This document shows positions 28,693 through 42,429 of a stretch of DNA of 62,763 bases, in pieces. The stretch is from Microthyrium microscopicum (taxonomy: Eukaryota). A program made the position numbers and the translations under genes. Positions within the stretch are counted from its first letter, which is position 1, and each line of letters begins with the position of its first letter. The notes beneath the pieces were generated by a model. The model had not been told where the DNA came from, ran no database searches, and saw only the letters and a list, made by a program, of their open reading frames with translations. The DNA lies in the NCBI GenBank assembly GCA_010405405.1, contig MU004230.1, positions 4,482,282-4,545,044 of the forward strand, read 5' to 3'.

Positions 28693-29805
28693 TGATGGAT
28701 TAGTTCGTGACAAGCAGAGGATCGATGGTTTATTGAAGGGCTGTATTGATAAAAGATGTTGCTAAAACTATGGTGTTTCTGCAGATGCGGAGATGCTAAA
28801 TACCCCCTTGTTTACATAAGCCCTTGTTCTTGCCAAACAGCGGACCACAGCCTCGAGAAGGATCACGCGGCTTAAAAGTGCGAATTTCTAGCCCAGTGCC
28901 TGACCTTTAAAAGCAGTCTGGCTGGATCATTGCTAATGCCTGCATCATGGATATTGCTTTAGCCCAAACCGTCAACATGTTGTTGGTGCCAGATGGTCTG
29001 GGGCAAACAAGTGCACGTTTTGGGCTAGAGTATCACACGCTCTTCACATGCTGGTTATTGCTTTCAGTCTCGACCTTTTCTGACCTACACCCAATTACTC
29101 TGTGAACCTTTACCATCTGGCTATTTTAATATACACCTAAACACAAAGACCAGTGCATCTTGGCTTTAAGCCCGGTTGTCGGCTTTAAAGTGACATGTAT
29201 TCTGAAAGACACGTGCTCTTCGTTGATCGTCAAATCCGTCTACAAACTAGTAGTACAATGGACAAAATATGGTGCCTGAGGCCAGCAGATCACTACAGTA
29301 GGTAGCCAGGCTCTATGTTGATTTAGTTGTGGGTCAAAGTAGAAATGGTTACTTTAATTCCTTCTCCCACCATTGCTTCGAAAAAAATAAAAGACTTCTA
29401 AACTTATGGGAGGCTTACTTGAACATCTGATCTGATCCGCTTTCGAGTATGAAGATTATAGTCAATTTGTGTAACTCTTCAGTTCACGATGCAGTAATCG
29501 CGCATACAGTACATAAATGAAACTTCTTGATATTGACTTTTGCCGTGCGGCCCGAAGCACGCACAAACTCGGGCCGGAGGAGAGCTCCTTCCTCCCGCCT
29601 CAGCTTGTTCTGTAATTGGTAAGAGCTAGCGACACACGACAGTCAACGCAGTTACGCCTGCTTGGCCTGCCATACCACCACCAAACTCAAAAGTTACTCC
29701 AAGTTTTGGCTCTCTGCCTTTACAAGCTCTCACCACTTTCTCTCTTGCCTACAAAATCCTCCATTTCTACTTTGGCATATCAAACATGAACCATGTTCTG
29801 TAGCC

Positions 29806-32800
29806 ATGGCAAACCCACCTCCTAGGCCCAAAGGCCCACAACCCATCCTCGACGACCTTGTTGGCACCCCCGCCAGCTCCAATTCTCTCGGAGAAAACAC
29901 CCCCCTAGATCGACCTACCACAGCTCCTCGTCACAATGGACTACCTGCTGCCATAGGCCGAAGCTCCACATATCTATACCCAGAAGTCAGCGAGGCTGTC
30001 ATCCGCTCTAGAAGCGCGTCGCCGAGTGCTAGGCCCAAACTGCTGCGCGCAAAGAGTGATTTCGGTCCACGTCGTGAAGATAGCGGTAGAAACGACGATA
30101 ATGATAGCAAAGGCTCAAATGATGCAGAGTGGGGTATTCGTCACGGATTCGACACTCAGCTTGCATCGGAGGACTACAATCATCTGCTCACAGAGGTTGG
30201 CGCTCTATAAATGTTGCAAACCATTTAGTCGCTAACAACTCTAGAATTTCTTCTTATACTTCACCGACAAAAAGCACGAGACCAGTGGCAGCCCAAAAGA
30301 CTCGAAAACATCGTTTGTTTTGCAAGAATGGCGCATGAAAGACCGACTGAAGACTGTTTCGGCAGTCTTAGCGCTATGCTTAAACATTGGGGTTGATCCT
30401 CCAGATGTCATCAAAACGTCGCCATGTGCCAAATTAGAATGTTGGACCGATCCTCAAGGCGTACAACAAACCAATACGAATTCCGGCAATCAGCCTATGA
30501 ATCAAATCGGGAAAGCACTTCAGCAGCAATACGAACAGCTTAGCATGCGAACTCGATATAAAGCCGCCCTCGACCCCACAGTAGACGAACTTAAGAAGTA
30601 CGCCGCAAGTCTGCGTAAGAACGCTAGAAGTGAACGAGTTCTTTTCCATTACAATGGCCATGGAGTACCAAAGCCAACAACGTCAGGAGAGATTTGGGTG
30701 TTCAATAAGAATTACACCCAATATATTCCAATGTCGCTGCAAGATCTCCAATGTTTGATAAGCGGACCAAGCATATTTGTATGGGATGTCTCCGAGGCCG
30801 GGTCAATAGTCGACAACTTTGTCAAGTATGCCGAGAAACACAAGGTGGACGATTCTGATGTTGGAAAACGAGATCCTAATGGGGACCCTGTTGACTGTTC
30901 GGATTGCATCCATCTTGCTGCATGCCGCGAGAAAGAAACCCTTCCAACCAATCCCGACCTACCTGCGGATATCTTTACCTCCTGCCTGACCACGCCAATC
31001 AAAATGGCCGTGCGATTCTTCCTTCTTCAAAACCCATTGCCTTCGAACGTCACACTTGCTGATGCACTCGACATTCCTGGCACAACATCTGAGCGCCGAA
31101 CTCCACTAGGAGAGCTAAACTGGATATTCACTGCGATTACGGATACAATTGCATGGGATGTGCTTCCCAAACCGCTCTTCAAAAGACTCTTTAGGCAGGA
31201 CCTTATGGTAGCAGCATTATATCGAAATTTTCTTCTTGCCCAACGAGTCATGAGAAAGTATCATTGCAATCCGCAGTGTTATCCAGAAATTCCACCAACC
31301 CATGATCATCCGTTATGGCAGAGCTGGGATCTGGCCGTGGAAACTATGCTTTCTCAGCTTCCAGCACTCAAAGACAAAAGCAAGTTGCCTTACGAATATC
31401 AACACTCTCAATTCTTCTCCGAGCAGCTCACGGCTTTTGAAGTATACTTGACCCAAGATGCTGCAGAACAAAAGATTCCAGAGCAATTACCTGTCGTACT
31501 ACAAGTTCTCCTCAGTCAAGTTCATCGTTTGCGTGCCCTTATTCTTTTGAGCAAATTTCTCGACTTGGGCCCATGGGCAGTCAATCTAGCTTTAAGTATT
31601 GGTATATTTCCTTATGTTTTGAAGCTTTTGCAGTCTCAAGCGATGGAGTTGAAACCAGTGATGGTATTTATATGGGCTCGGATTCTTGCTGTGGATCCCA
31701 CGTGTCAGCAAGATCTTCTCAAAGACAATGGCTATCAATATTTCGTCCATATTCTCAACCCGGCAGGATCAGGTATGCCAACCCATGCACGACCTCCAGC
31801 ACTGTCTTTAAAAGCCAACCAAATTGTAAAAAGCACACCATGTATATCGTCTACAGATGTCGAATCACAGTCTTCATAGTCTGAAGCTGTAAATTCCATC
31901 ATAGACGGTCACTCCAACACGTCTCAGGTTGAGAATACACAGCATTTGACTGTGGCTTCTCTCCTAGACAGAAGTCGAACAAAGTTCAAGAAGAAACTTT
32001 TGTGGCCGCCTTGCGACCCACCATTGACAAAGGCTAATGATAATACGCCAAAATTAGGTATCCAGGGCGTCGTCAACGTAAGCGAGCATCGTGCCATGTG
32101 TGCCTTCATCGTGGCAATGTTTTGTCGCAATTTCCATCAAGCCCAGAACGTATGCCTCAGCGAAGATTTGATCAAGAGCTGCCTCGAATGCTCCAAAGAT
32201 GCAGAGTGCCCTTTGTTGCGTCAATGGGCTTGCCTATGTCTAAGTATGCTCTGGGCCAACTTTCCGGACGCCAAATGGATGGCGCTCAAGTGCTCAGCTC
32301 ACCAGGAGCTATGCACTTTAGCCGTCGATTGCGTTGCAGAGGTGCGAGCTGCCATGTTGCATGCTTTAAATAACTTCCTCGGCATTCCCGATCTTACTTC
32401 ACAGGTCGCCCAGATTGAAGAGTCTATAGCGTCAATGGTGCTCGTAATGGCTTCTGATGGTAACAGTATGGTAAGAAAGGAGCTCATTGTCTTCTTTTCC
32501 ACATTTGTGACAAGATATCAAAACCGATTCCTTGTCACAGCCTACGAGCATTTGGTGGCAGAACACGACTCAAACGCAAAAACCCCAGCAGAAGGACAGA
32601 GCAGACTCGCCATGGCCTACACAATGAGTGACAGTGAACGACCGGACGATACCTGCTCATCCAACACTGTTTTCGCTGCCGTCTGGAAGGAAGTATTGGT
32701 CATGTCGGTCGACCCCTATCCAGAAATCGCCGAGAATGCTGCCGCTGTTGTGGACCATATATATTCGCATCTCCTTGAGTCGCCTTTGGGGAAACATGTG

Positions 32801-34483
32801 CTTCCTTTCATTGAACTCAATCGTAGCGCAGCCTCGTCCTCGAGATCCTCCTATGTGGAAGTAAATATGCCTGCAACAGATAGTTCTCGCCCAGCCACTC
32901 CTCCAACTCCGAGAACCGAAAATCTCTTTGCATCAGGTCTGCGACGAACAGCCAGTGTTGCTGCTTCGTTGATGACCCTCTCATTCGCCAGTCCCGCTAG
33001 CAATCAAACTAATTCTCCAAATACTGTTAGAGACTCGGCACCAAGAGCAGGACGCACAAACGGACACCGGAATCAAGTGAGGGAGGAAATGCGTCGACCA
33101 CCCGGTGAGCAGGATCACTTTCACGTTCCTAGTGCATACCCAATTCTCCGACGTCCAATGCCACATGGATATACTCCTCCGGCCGGCAAACAGTCTCATA
33201 TAGCCGTGCCTCTTCGAAGTAATTTCTTCCAGTGGTCAATTGAGTATTTTCGTGAACCACAGATGGCTCCAGCAGAAGCCGATGAGCCCGGCAGTACCGA
33301 CTACAATGAGCGTTTGTGGAGACGCAACCGAAATGACAGAATCATCTCGAAGACTCAGCCACTTAAGGAAATGGCTGGTAGCTCACCTTGGGACAAGAGC
33401 AAAGGATTTTGGAACAATGGCACTCAGCCAGTAAAGCTCTGTTGGCATCAATTCGAAGACCATATGATGGTCACGGATGATAAGGATGGAGTCTCGTATG
33501 TTATCTTCTTTGACTGATAGATCGCGCAAATCTCTAACCATTCTAGTGTCTGGGATTGGAAGCGCCAGGTCCGCTTAAACCAATTTTCCAATGGAAACCC
33601 TGCCAAGTCACGAATCACCGATCTTTCTCTTATTAATGAGGATGATTTGGCGTTGCTTATGACAGGATCTTCTGATGGTGTCATCAAACTCTATCGTAAT
33701 TATGAGAGCCGAGATGATATTGAACTTGTTTCATCCTTCCGAGCACTCACAGACCTGGAGCCAAGCAACAAGAATAGTGGCCTTGTCTTTGACTGGCAAC
33801 AGAGTAGAGGACAGATTCTTGTCGCTGGAGATGTTCGTTCTATTCGTGTGTGGAACGCCGGAACTGAAATCTGCACCACCGTAAGTTGATACTCAGCCGC
33901 CCTTAACTTCGTCTGACATTTGTAGGATATTGGTGCTCGATCCGGTTCACCCATCACCTCTTTGACCTCTGATCAAGTAGAAGGCAACCTATTTGTAGCC
34001 AGTTTCGGCGACGGCGCAATCCGCATCTACGACCAACGTCAAAAACCCCAAAACGCCCTTGTCAAAGTCTGGAAGGAACATCAAGTCTGGGTAACCAACG
34101 TGCACCTCCAACGCGGAGGCCAGCGTGACCTTATCTCTGCTAGTCGCAACGGCGAGGTCAAGCTCTGGGACATGCGTCTTTCCAAAAGCGTGAAGACATT
34201 CAAAACCACCTCCGGTCCCCGCGACGTGCTTCGCGTCCTCGCAGTTCACGAGCACGCGCCAGTCTTTGCAGTCGGCACGGAAAGCCGACAGGTCAAGATG
34301 TTCAATACGAGTGGCAAGCTACTCAGCCATTTTGAACCGTATAGCGCGCGGTTTATGGGCGGTAATGGCGGCGTCACGGCTGTGGCCTTTCATCCGCATC
34401 GGATGGTAGTGGCTGGAGCGGCTGTTGGCGCTTCGCAGGTTAGTTTGTTTGCTTGTGGGAAGAAGGGCGAGAAGGAGATCTAG
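29806..34483 (+). CDS. KOG1: Raptor / TORC1 subunit (Kog1/Mip1), 5 exons
   Basis: RNC domain WRMKDRLKTVSAVLALCLNIGVDPPD, RVLFHYNGHGVPKPT, TPLGELNWIFTAITDTIAW, HEAT repeats (VHRLRALILL) and C-terminal WD40 repeats. Confidence 0.96.
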
Positions 34484-35188
34484 TGGCCTTGGACTACGCC
34501 TGTTCTTCCCGACAGTGTGGGCATGACATTATAAGGTACGTCTTTATTGTTATGCATGTGTGAACGTGATCTGGCGATGCGAAGGCTGAGATGACTGGCG
34601 GTTGCGGGCTGGCTGGTAAGAGTTGTTGTGACTCTTCTCGACGGTTTGATTTTTCTCTCTCCCTTATGGAAGGCTTTCCTTCATCTCTTGTTTTCAACAC
34701 TTTTTGTTTATACTATCCTTTCAGTCAGAGGGACTACCCTGGGTAATTTTTGTCTCTTGTACGGTGTTTTGTGTCGATAGCATCATGATGGCTTGCATTG
34801 GGAAGGCAACACGAGCATAGTTGTTTGGTGTTTTGGGCTGTGTATATGTTGAGCGTGCAATGCGCTGGGTTGAGTGTTTAATTATAATTTCAATGGGATT
34901 GGGATTGGCGAGTCCCTGTTAATGCTTCATTGATGGTGTCTTTCGCATTTTTGTGATCTCTTTCTCGCATCACAAACGTCACTTTTCGTGAATGGGGTGA
35001 TGAGTTCTTATTAGCCATAGGATCTCCTTTTATTCTTCATCAAAGGGTGTAAGTATGTAAACATGTGCGGTAACCGAGATCCATTGCCTGGTCACTAATT
35101 CAACACAACTTCCAATGGTCTTTACATTCTACGGATATTCAAAGCAATGGCCAAGAGATTGACACTTCTGCGTGTAGGTAGCCTACTG

Positions 35189-35644
35189 TCAAACATTCTC
35201 TTTAGTACAATAGTCACTCTTGACATTGCCGGCCTGGGAGCAATTTGCGCACGTCTTGATGTAATCGATGTTGCCGGTATTGTTGTCGTTGGCATTACAG
35301 TGGTAGAGCGATGTTGCCAGTGACGCTCGAGACGAACTGGAGCCTTGATGACCTGCATGATATACTGCCAAATCTGTGGATAGTACTCTAGGCGTTGCCA
35401 GGTACGACACCAGGCGCTCCGCTGGCTGTTTTCTGCATATCAGCTTACGTTATAAAAGTCACTCTGGACCCATATCACTCTTTGACATGATAGACTTCAT
35501 ACACCATTAACTCAAAGTGCAACAGGACGTCGGCTCACAAATATTTGCCAGAGTGTGTCCGCAATAGTCAATGTTTTTGAGTTAATTACGAGCCTCGGTG
35601 GTAGCGACAAGAGTAAACAAGACCATAGTATTGAATATCTTCAT
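35189..35644 (-). pseudogene. Pseudogene of a small secreted Cys-rich (YCG-type) effector-like protein
   Basis: MKIFNTMVLFTLVATTEARN*LKNIDYCGHTLANI has TAA where the first Cys is expected. The downstream exon is frameshifted (YYPQI vs AVYHAG...LYHC...IDYIKTCANC...DYC). Confidence 0.65.
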
Positions 35645-36389
35645 GTTTGCGATTTGAAGTTCCAGGAAGGTAAGCGTTTGGTGTTGAGAATGAGTATCTT
35701 GACGACCTGAATCGCGATAGTCTTTTCTTCTCTTTTATAAGAACAATGAGCTCTTATACGCATACCGAAGACCGGACTCGGGGTAAGTAGCCTAATGATT
35801 TCTTCGCAGGTTACTTCTATTCACACGAGTTCGTCATACACTATGCCTCTTCGTCTTCATGTCATAAGATGATTCTTGTAAGTCAATTTGTCTTCAGGGC
35901 GAAGCCGTGAGCGGATGGATGCGATATGAAGTTATCAATCTCGTACTTACCACCACCTCTCCACGACCGTACCTGAGCTCCCTGGAGTGATTCTTTGTGT
36001 AGCCTTTTTCAAACTCTTTACACTAGCGGGAAGGCTCTCTGACAAATCAGACCATTGTAGACGGTAATCCTTATCATGATACCGTAGAACTTTTGATTTC
36101 CTAGAAGAGCACTTGGCACAGACATATCAGACAATGAGACAGAAGTTTTCTTCTTAAACTTCACACATCAATGATTGTAGCTTTCGGTCTTTGCGCCTTG
36201 CTTTGATCATCTACTGAATCTACTTATTACACAAGGAAAAAGAATCTTTTCTCTTTGCATAAGATTCTCAAGAGCATAGATATTCATTTATACCTACGGG
36301 CTCGGGGTGAGTCTTACATAACTTCCCAAGGCGGTTACATGTTGCGTAGTACTATGGAGCCATCGCCAGCTTGTATGAGCCTTACTCGT

Positions 36390-37126
36390 TCACTGAGGGC
36401 CTGGGTTGAACACGGTGGGGTTTTCAGGCGTCCCACCATTATAGCGCTGCGACCCATATGGACAGACATCATTATCCTCCCTCTCGGAACATACGTTTTT
36501 TTCGCAATTATACTGCCACACAATGTCGCCAGTTGTATTGTCATCGTCAACACACTTGTAAACTGCTTGTCCCAGTTTGGTTGGACTGGGTATCCAGGGT
36601 ACCCCTTTGCCTCTTAGGTATGCCATCAGGATTCTTTCGTAATAAGGATTATCGCCTGCAGAAGGTTTCTTCGTTACGCCGTCTGTATCATTTTCGGATG
36701 ATTCCTTTGTCTTGCTGTCTGTATCGTTTTTGAAAGGAAAACGCGATCCGCTAACTGTATTTCCAAAACGTTAGTTATATATAATGGTGTAGGTAAGTAT
36801 TGATGAGAAGCACTGCATCATGTTCTGAGTAGTAGATGTGTCGGCAACTTACCAATGAATGCTAGGCTGTGGCCGCAGTAATTACGACCCTTAGTGCATT
36901 GGTTGTTGGCAAGGAAGTGGAGCGCCGAAGCAGTGACTGGCAGGATAGACTCAACGACAAGTATTTGAGTGACTGTTGTAAGATAGGTGGTTGTATAAGA
37001 TTGATTGGTACTAGATAGCTGACGAGGGATGCCAGGTAGAGCGGTGGTAGCTGGAATGGCATGAGTGCGGTTGGTTGCAGCCAGAGCAGCAGTAGCCAGA
37101 GAGAAAACGGTGAATGATATATGCAT
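36390..37126 (-). CDS. Small secreted Cys-rich effector-like protein (CxxxxxYCG family), 2 exons
   Basis: Signal peptide MHISFTVFSLATAALA, CTKGRNYCGHSL, intron 36852-36755 (GTAAGT...CTAAC...CAG) in frame with YYERI...VYKC...IVWQYNCEKNVC...DVC. Confidence 0.75.
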
Positions 37127-38189
37127 GGTTATATTTGGATTGATTTTGGAAGTAGTTAGTTGTTTGGCGATGCTAACAGCTGTAGAGAAGAGAAGGTGTG
37201 TGGACTTGAATTTTCTTCCTTTCCCACAACACTGTGGCCCCATCATAAAATCAGATTTGGTAAGCTACATCTTGGATTTGGGATGAATAGTCTCGCTTAA
37301 CGTCTGTTTGGTCCCATACCTTATGTATCAAGAGAGGACGCTGCTCACCGGTTCGCCAGTACATAGCAGACCGGCAATAAGGTACCACGATTCAAATAAC
37401 TTTAAGTCTTGACTGTCAGTGCCCATTTCGCCGCGTATCTATTATTTGCAGATAGAAAACTCTATGAAAGATCGTCTCACAATCAGACGAAGCTTGTTTG
37501 TAAATCATTTGCGAGCAAATATGACATGTATAGGTACCTATAGAATCTCATTACTGGGGTTTCAGCCTTAGAGATGTCAATTTCAGCCTGATGGCGACTG
37601 ATTGACGTATCTTGACTGGTCACGTTTTGTAGTGTAAGAAGTTTGTAAACTTGATCCCTGAGGTTTCCAAGCTTTCTTCATGACAAAAAAACTCTTGTCC
37701 GGTTGATGCACTGAGGCAGAGAGAGAGAGAACAATTCTTCGTTTTTCGTTTGGTAAAGTTGACGAGGGCTTGTATACTCCTAAGATCCACAGACACGGCG
37801 GATCGCTTCGTTATCTGAGCCGTCTTCGCCTCCATTTCTATTTCAAGATAGATCTGTAGATTAAGCTAAGTTCAAGAAAGACCGAGGAATAATGTTAATC
37901 TTACACTCAAGCAGACTGGTGGCGGAGGCAGAGAATATGGAAAGTGCGGAGAAAAGGCCTTTTATATAATTCACATGCAAAGGGACATTGATTTTGTTCT
38001 GATTTCCGCCAGCATTTCAATAACATACTTGTGCTCTTAAGTGATCTTGCTTCTTTCTAAGCTCAAAATCTACGAGTGGTTGTAGTTCGAGAAGCTAGCA
38101 ATTTGTCAATATCAGGCATTACAAGACTCGTCAGAATGTCTTTTCGTGACTAGCTGGGCACTGGGTGGAAGGTAGAATCTGCCAACAGA

Positions 38190-38360
38190 GCCATCAACTG
38201 CATGGGAGACATCGAACGCGATGGGAAGATCCGTGAAACATGTGCCACAATCCGATGCGAGCGATTAAAATCAATGCGGGCGATTGAGTGTGATGGTAGA
38301 TATCGAGTGCGATGGGAGACATCAAATGCAATGGGAAGATCGAGTGTACTGGGAAATCGG
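38190..38360. repeat. Cluster of ~18-19-bp degenerate repeats (consensus ATCGARTGCGATGGGA)
   Basis: About 6 copies at ~38193, 38211, 38283, 38302, 38321 and 38339. Confidence 0.7.
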
Positions 38361-41229
38361 CATTTTCCAAATTCCCAAGACATTCTCTACAATCTGAAGC
38401 GAGCCATCAAAGGCAATGTTGACCAACAAATGCAATGGTAGCCATAAGCTGTCTTAGTATTGTCAAGAATAATGGCCCTAGAAGGAATCTTGAAAGAAAA
38501 TGGGTGGAGGCAAGCTTCGTGAGGCAAGACAACTCGATTTGTGCGACGAAAGATCACCTTTTGTGCAGAACATCAGATGTTATGGTCATTACCGAGTACG
38601 ATGGGAGTCATCGAGGTGTGATTCCAGCGCAACATAGGTCTGACATGAAGAGAGCATTTTCCTCACGACGCTTTCTTATGTTCACGAACGCGACAGACCT
38701 TTGCTGTACCTGTTAAGAAACGTAGGATATGGCACAAAAGTTGCGGACCGATATGCCACTCACGCTGATTACGCCTTGTCAAAATTTCTTCTCGGCTTGC
38801 TTGACGCTGCTATCAACATTAAGTAAGGTAGTCACAAAAGCGAATCTGGTTTATGATCTCCTATTTGGCTGATTTTCCGCTTTGCGTCTCTTGGCAACTA
38901 TGAGCAATGCCGCCATCACTCGAATGGCATCCTTATACCTTGATCCTAGAATTGATTTGAACACTCACTAAGCAAACCGGTCAAACACTGGCCAGGTACC
39001 TATCGGACGGCGATTAGGTGGCGACATGAGAGTCAAACATTGACAAGATTCAAGAATACTCTCCAAATCGCCAGGTGGAATTGGCAAGCCTTGCACAGCG
39101 GAAGGCTAAAGTCCAGGCAAAGATTCAGGCAATGGTGCAGAAGAAGATAACTCACTTTCACATCTTCTCTATCAACAAAGAAAATGATCTCCTGCATTAC
39201 TTGGAGGATGCATGGGGACCGACATGAACAAGGGCATCATCATTCTTCTCAGGCGCATCGCTCACTATTGATATCTCCTCCTCGAGTCGTGGGATACCAG
39301 CGAGCTCCAAGTCTAGACGAGAATGTAGGTGTTCCACGACTCGACGAGGAAGAATGGGTTGTTTTTGAGAGCCGAGCAATCCAGGAACCTCCAGAGATGG
39401 ATTCCGGCGATGATGAAACGGAACCTGTGAGCCAAATGACTTGATCTGTAACAAAATCGGCTTAGATGATAATGATCTTCCAAGATATCCTCTATGCGCC
39501 TATTGCGCAAACCTACAAACTCATAACCTCGATCGAGTCACCCGTTCATCTACTCCGGATCGCAACGTGAGAATATTGTTAGTTGTTACAAGTTCTCCAA
39601 CAGTAGGCAAGTTTGCATACAGTTTGGCCGGGCTGGACAGAGAGCTGATATGCACCCACTAGCGCCGATTGGAGTTATCGAGTGTTATGGGGACCATGCG
39701 ATGCGATGGTCATATCTCTCTGGTTTGAGATAATGGGACAGTTCGCCGGCTGCTTCGATTAGCCTGAAACTTCCGGACAAGCACCAAATGAGATAGTAAT
39801 CATCAAAGTCTCTCATAGCCATACTAATGTATCACGAAGCCGACAAGCCGCATAGTGTTCTCACCATAGAATGTAACGGTAGCACAGAGAACTATGACGC
39901 AGCGAGGCGAATTAGAGTCGATTGAGCTTCAAGTGTCTCGGAAGCAATCGAGCGCGGTGGGAGCTATCGCGAGGTATATATTCCTGTGACCTGAGGCTGT
40001 AACATAAGCAAAGAAGGGAATTGAAGAGGATCTGGGTAGCCGTTGTCAGTCTCTCCTTGCGAACTCAATACACGATGGTTGCCATCGAATGCTGTGGCGT
40101 GTTTAGAGCATGTGCTTCAGGCCAGAGTGAGGACGCAGGTCTCGTACATTCGGGATCAGAATGGTAGGAACACAATCCCAGAAACGAGATGGAGATTGCT
40201 TTTCAGTAGTAGCCATACACTCGTATCGTGCAATGTTGAAGCCATCGGCTGGCTTCCGCATGTCAGTGTTGTATGCGCCTCCACTCAGGTTCCCAAGCCA
40301 AACTCGCCAGCGCTCTGATTTCTCCTCTCAACTCTTCGTGAATCGACTTTATAGATCGGGAAATCATCAACTAATGCTGATGCGTGCTGGAACGATCATG
40401 TGGCACTTTTGCGGCGAACGCCCATAGCATATAATGGGATTTATCGATTGCCATCAAAGTTATCAGAACAGATGGGAGCCGCCCAGTGTTTGCCATCGGA
40501 ATTCTTGGCAAGCTGTGCCAACCACGGAACCGATGACTGGATGATCACAGCTTGATGTTATAGCATACTACGTACGGTAACTCTGGTCTGACAGTCTCAT
40601 TATGGCACTTGTAAGCTGTTCATACCCAAATTGCTGGGTAGCATGTTCAATACATCAATGAAGTTGGGCGCCAATGGGAAATACGATCCAGATAGTGACT
40701 TTCAGCCAACCTTTGACCGGAGCTGGGGTTCCTCAACAAGACAATGCATAGCAGGGACAGTTCGCGATTTTACGAAAACCTGGCAGCTCCATGCTTGAGG
40801 TTAAGGCTAGTCGGTCGTAGGGTACGACAAAATTCGCTGCGACTGATAGACAACGCTCAAGATAAAGTTGATCGAGTGATGCCTCTGAACGACGTTCTGA
40901 GCTAATCTGGAGATCGTACAGTGGGCGGACGCGTCGTCTACGGTCAAAGGGATCGTTCGCAGCAAGGGGTGGGTTTTTCAATGGAGGGAAGTGCCAGATC
41001 CTGGGACAATCATTCTTTGACACTATACAGTATGCTTTACTGGCGAGGTGGAGGATGGAAGTGTCGTCTTGCATGGGAGATCACGTCCTCTACGCTCAAC
41101 AGGACCCTCTACAGCATGGCTGTTTACAGCGGATGGAAGGACTGATAGGCGTTACTTGCCGTGGATGAAGAGGTGCTTGATACTGACCAGCAGGCTTTAC
41201 AGGTATGGAAGTGCGCGTGAATACCCAAT

Positions 41230-41745
41230 GTTAGCGACAATATCGTCATGGCGGAAGAATAGCATTCGGTTCTGGCGTAGAAGGTATTGCGGCTGGTAGA
41301 AATAGATGTTGGTATGAGCGAAAACGGTCCCTCCATGGCAGGACAATAACCCCCGAGTCTGGTGTAGAATGTGCTGCGGCTGGTAGGGCTGACTTTTGCG
41401 TCGAAGAACACGTCCTTCAATTCCATAGACAAGATAGCAGCGCCGAATCTGGCGTGGAAGGTGTTGCGGCTGGCGGCACTGGATCTTCGCGTGCTCGGTC
41501 ATGTCCCCTTCCATGGACGAAATAGTCTCCGAGTTTGGCGTGGAAGGTGCTGGGGCTAGTAGAACTGGGTTCTTGCGGGGACGACCACTTCCCATCTATA
41601 GACTATGATAGAACCGCAGCTTTGTGTTTGGAAGGTGCTGGGGCTGATAGAACCTCATTCTTACGAAGACGACAAAGTCGGTCCTCTACAAGACAGCACC
41701 GCTGCTTCGATTTTGGTGCGAAGGCGCTGCAGCTGGTGTGAAGTG
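41230..41745. repeat. Degenerate tandem repeat, ~86-90-bp period, 6 copies (likely decayed repeat-protein coding sequence)
   Basis: Core TGGCGTGGAAGGTGYTGCGGCTGGTAG recurs with spacings 87, 90, 86, 88 and 89. Confidence 0.75.
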
Positions 41746-42429
41746 TCAGGTATTTGCTTTCGCGGCCCGCATAGCTCTTTCATCCTACTTTAGAGTAGTT
41801 GTGAAGGTTGACTAAGTAGACATCTCGCACCCCTAGCCAAGCAGATCTGATTTAACGTTCCGATAAAAATGCAATTGCTGTCACATTCAATGCTCTATGA
41901 TCAGGCGCAGGCATTTTTCTCGAAGAAGTCTCACGGGTGACGGCAGACAACGTGGGCGAGGAGTGCTGGACCTGACGGCTCGCATATTTGATCGACTGCC
42001 CGAGCGGCTGTGCAATTGTGTAAAGATATGATTGTTGTCGGTTTTCTCTCACTCCCTAATCAACAATATTCATGAATGCTGATCGGCGGGTAGAAATTGG
42101 CCGAAGTGTTGCGTGGCAGCCTGGCAGGAGGAAAAAGGCTGGGCTGGGCGGGGAAGCCAAACTTTCTGTGAAGTTGCGCTTTCACTACTGGGAAACATCA
42201 ACATGCATTTTTACGTACCACAAAGGTTCAGCCCAAATTTTCTCGAAAAAACCACGACGGCCGCGCAATCTGTGATCGAGGATGTAGTTCTTCCGTCATC
42301 CGGGGCAGAATTGTGTTTCTGCCCCGACTCGGGAGTTTGTATGGCCGTTTCTATGCAAACTGCCCATGTTGTGACAGAAACCCAAATACGAGTCCGTCGG
42401 TTCATGTTCCTGTATGATTCGAAGGATAT

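Noticed and set aside
28403..28787. 95-bp direct repeat flanking an N run, resembling an LTR or duplication
   Set aside because: An exact duplication on both sides of a scaffold gap is typical of an unmerged contig overlap.
38202..38441. ORF with IECDG-like repeats suggesting a beta-helix protein
   Set aside because: The repeat spacing mixes 18 and 19 bp, and the motif matches the non-coding MITE-2 motif.
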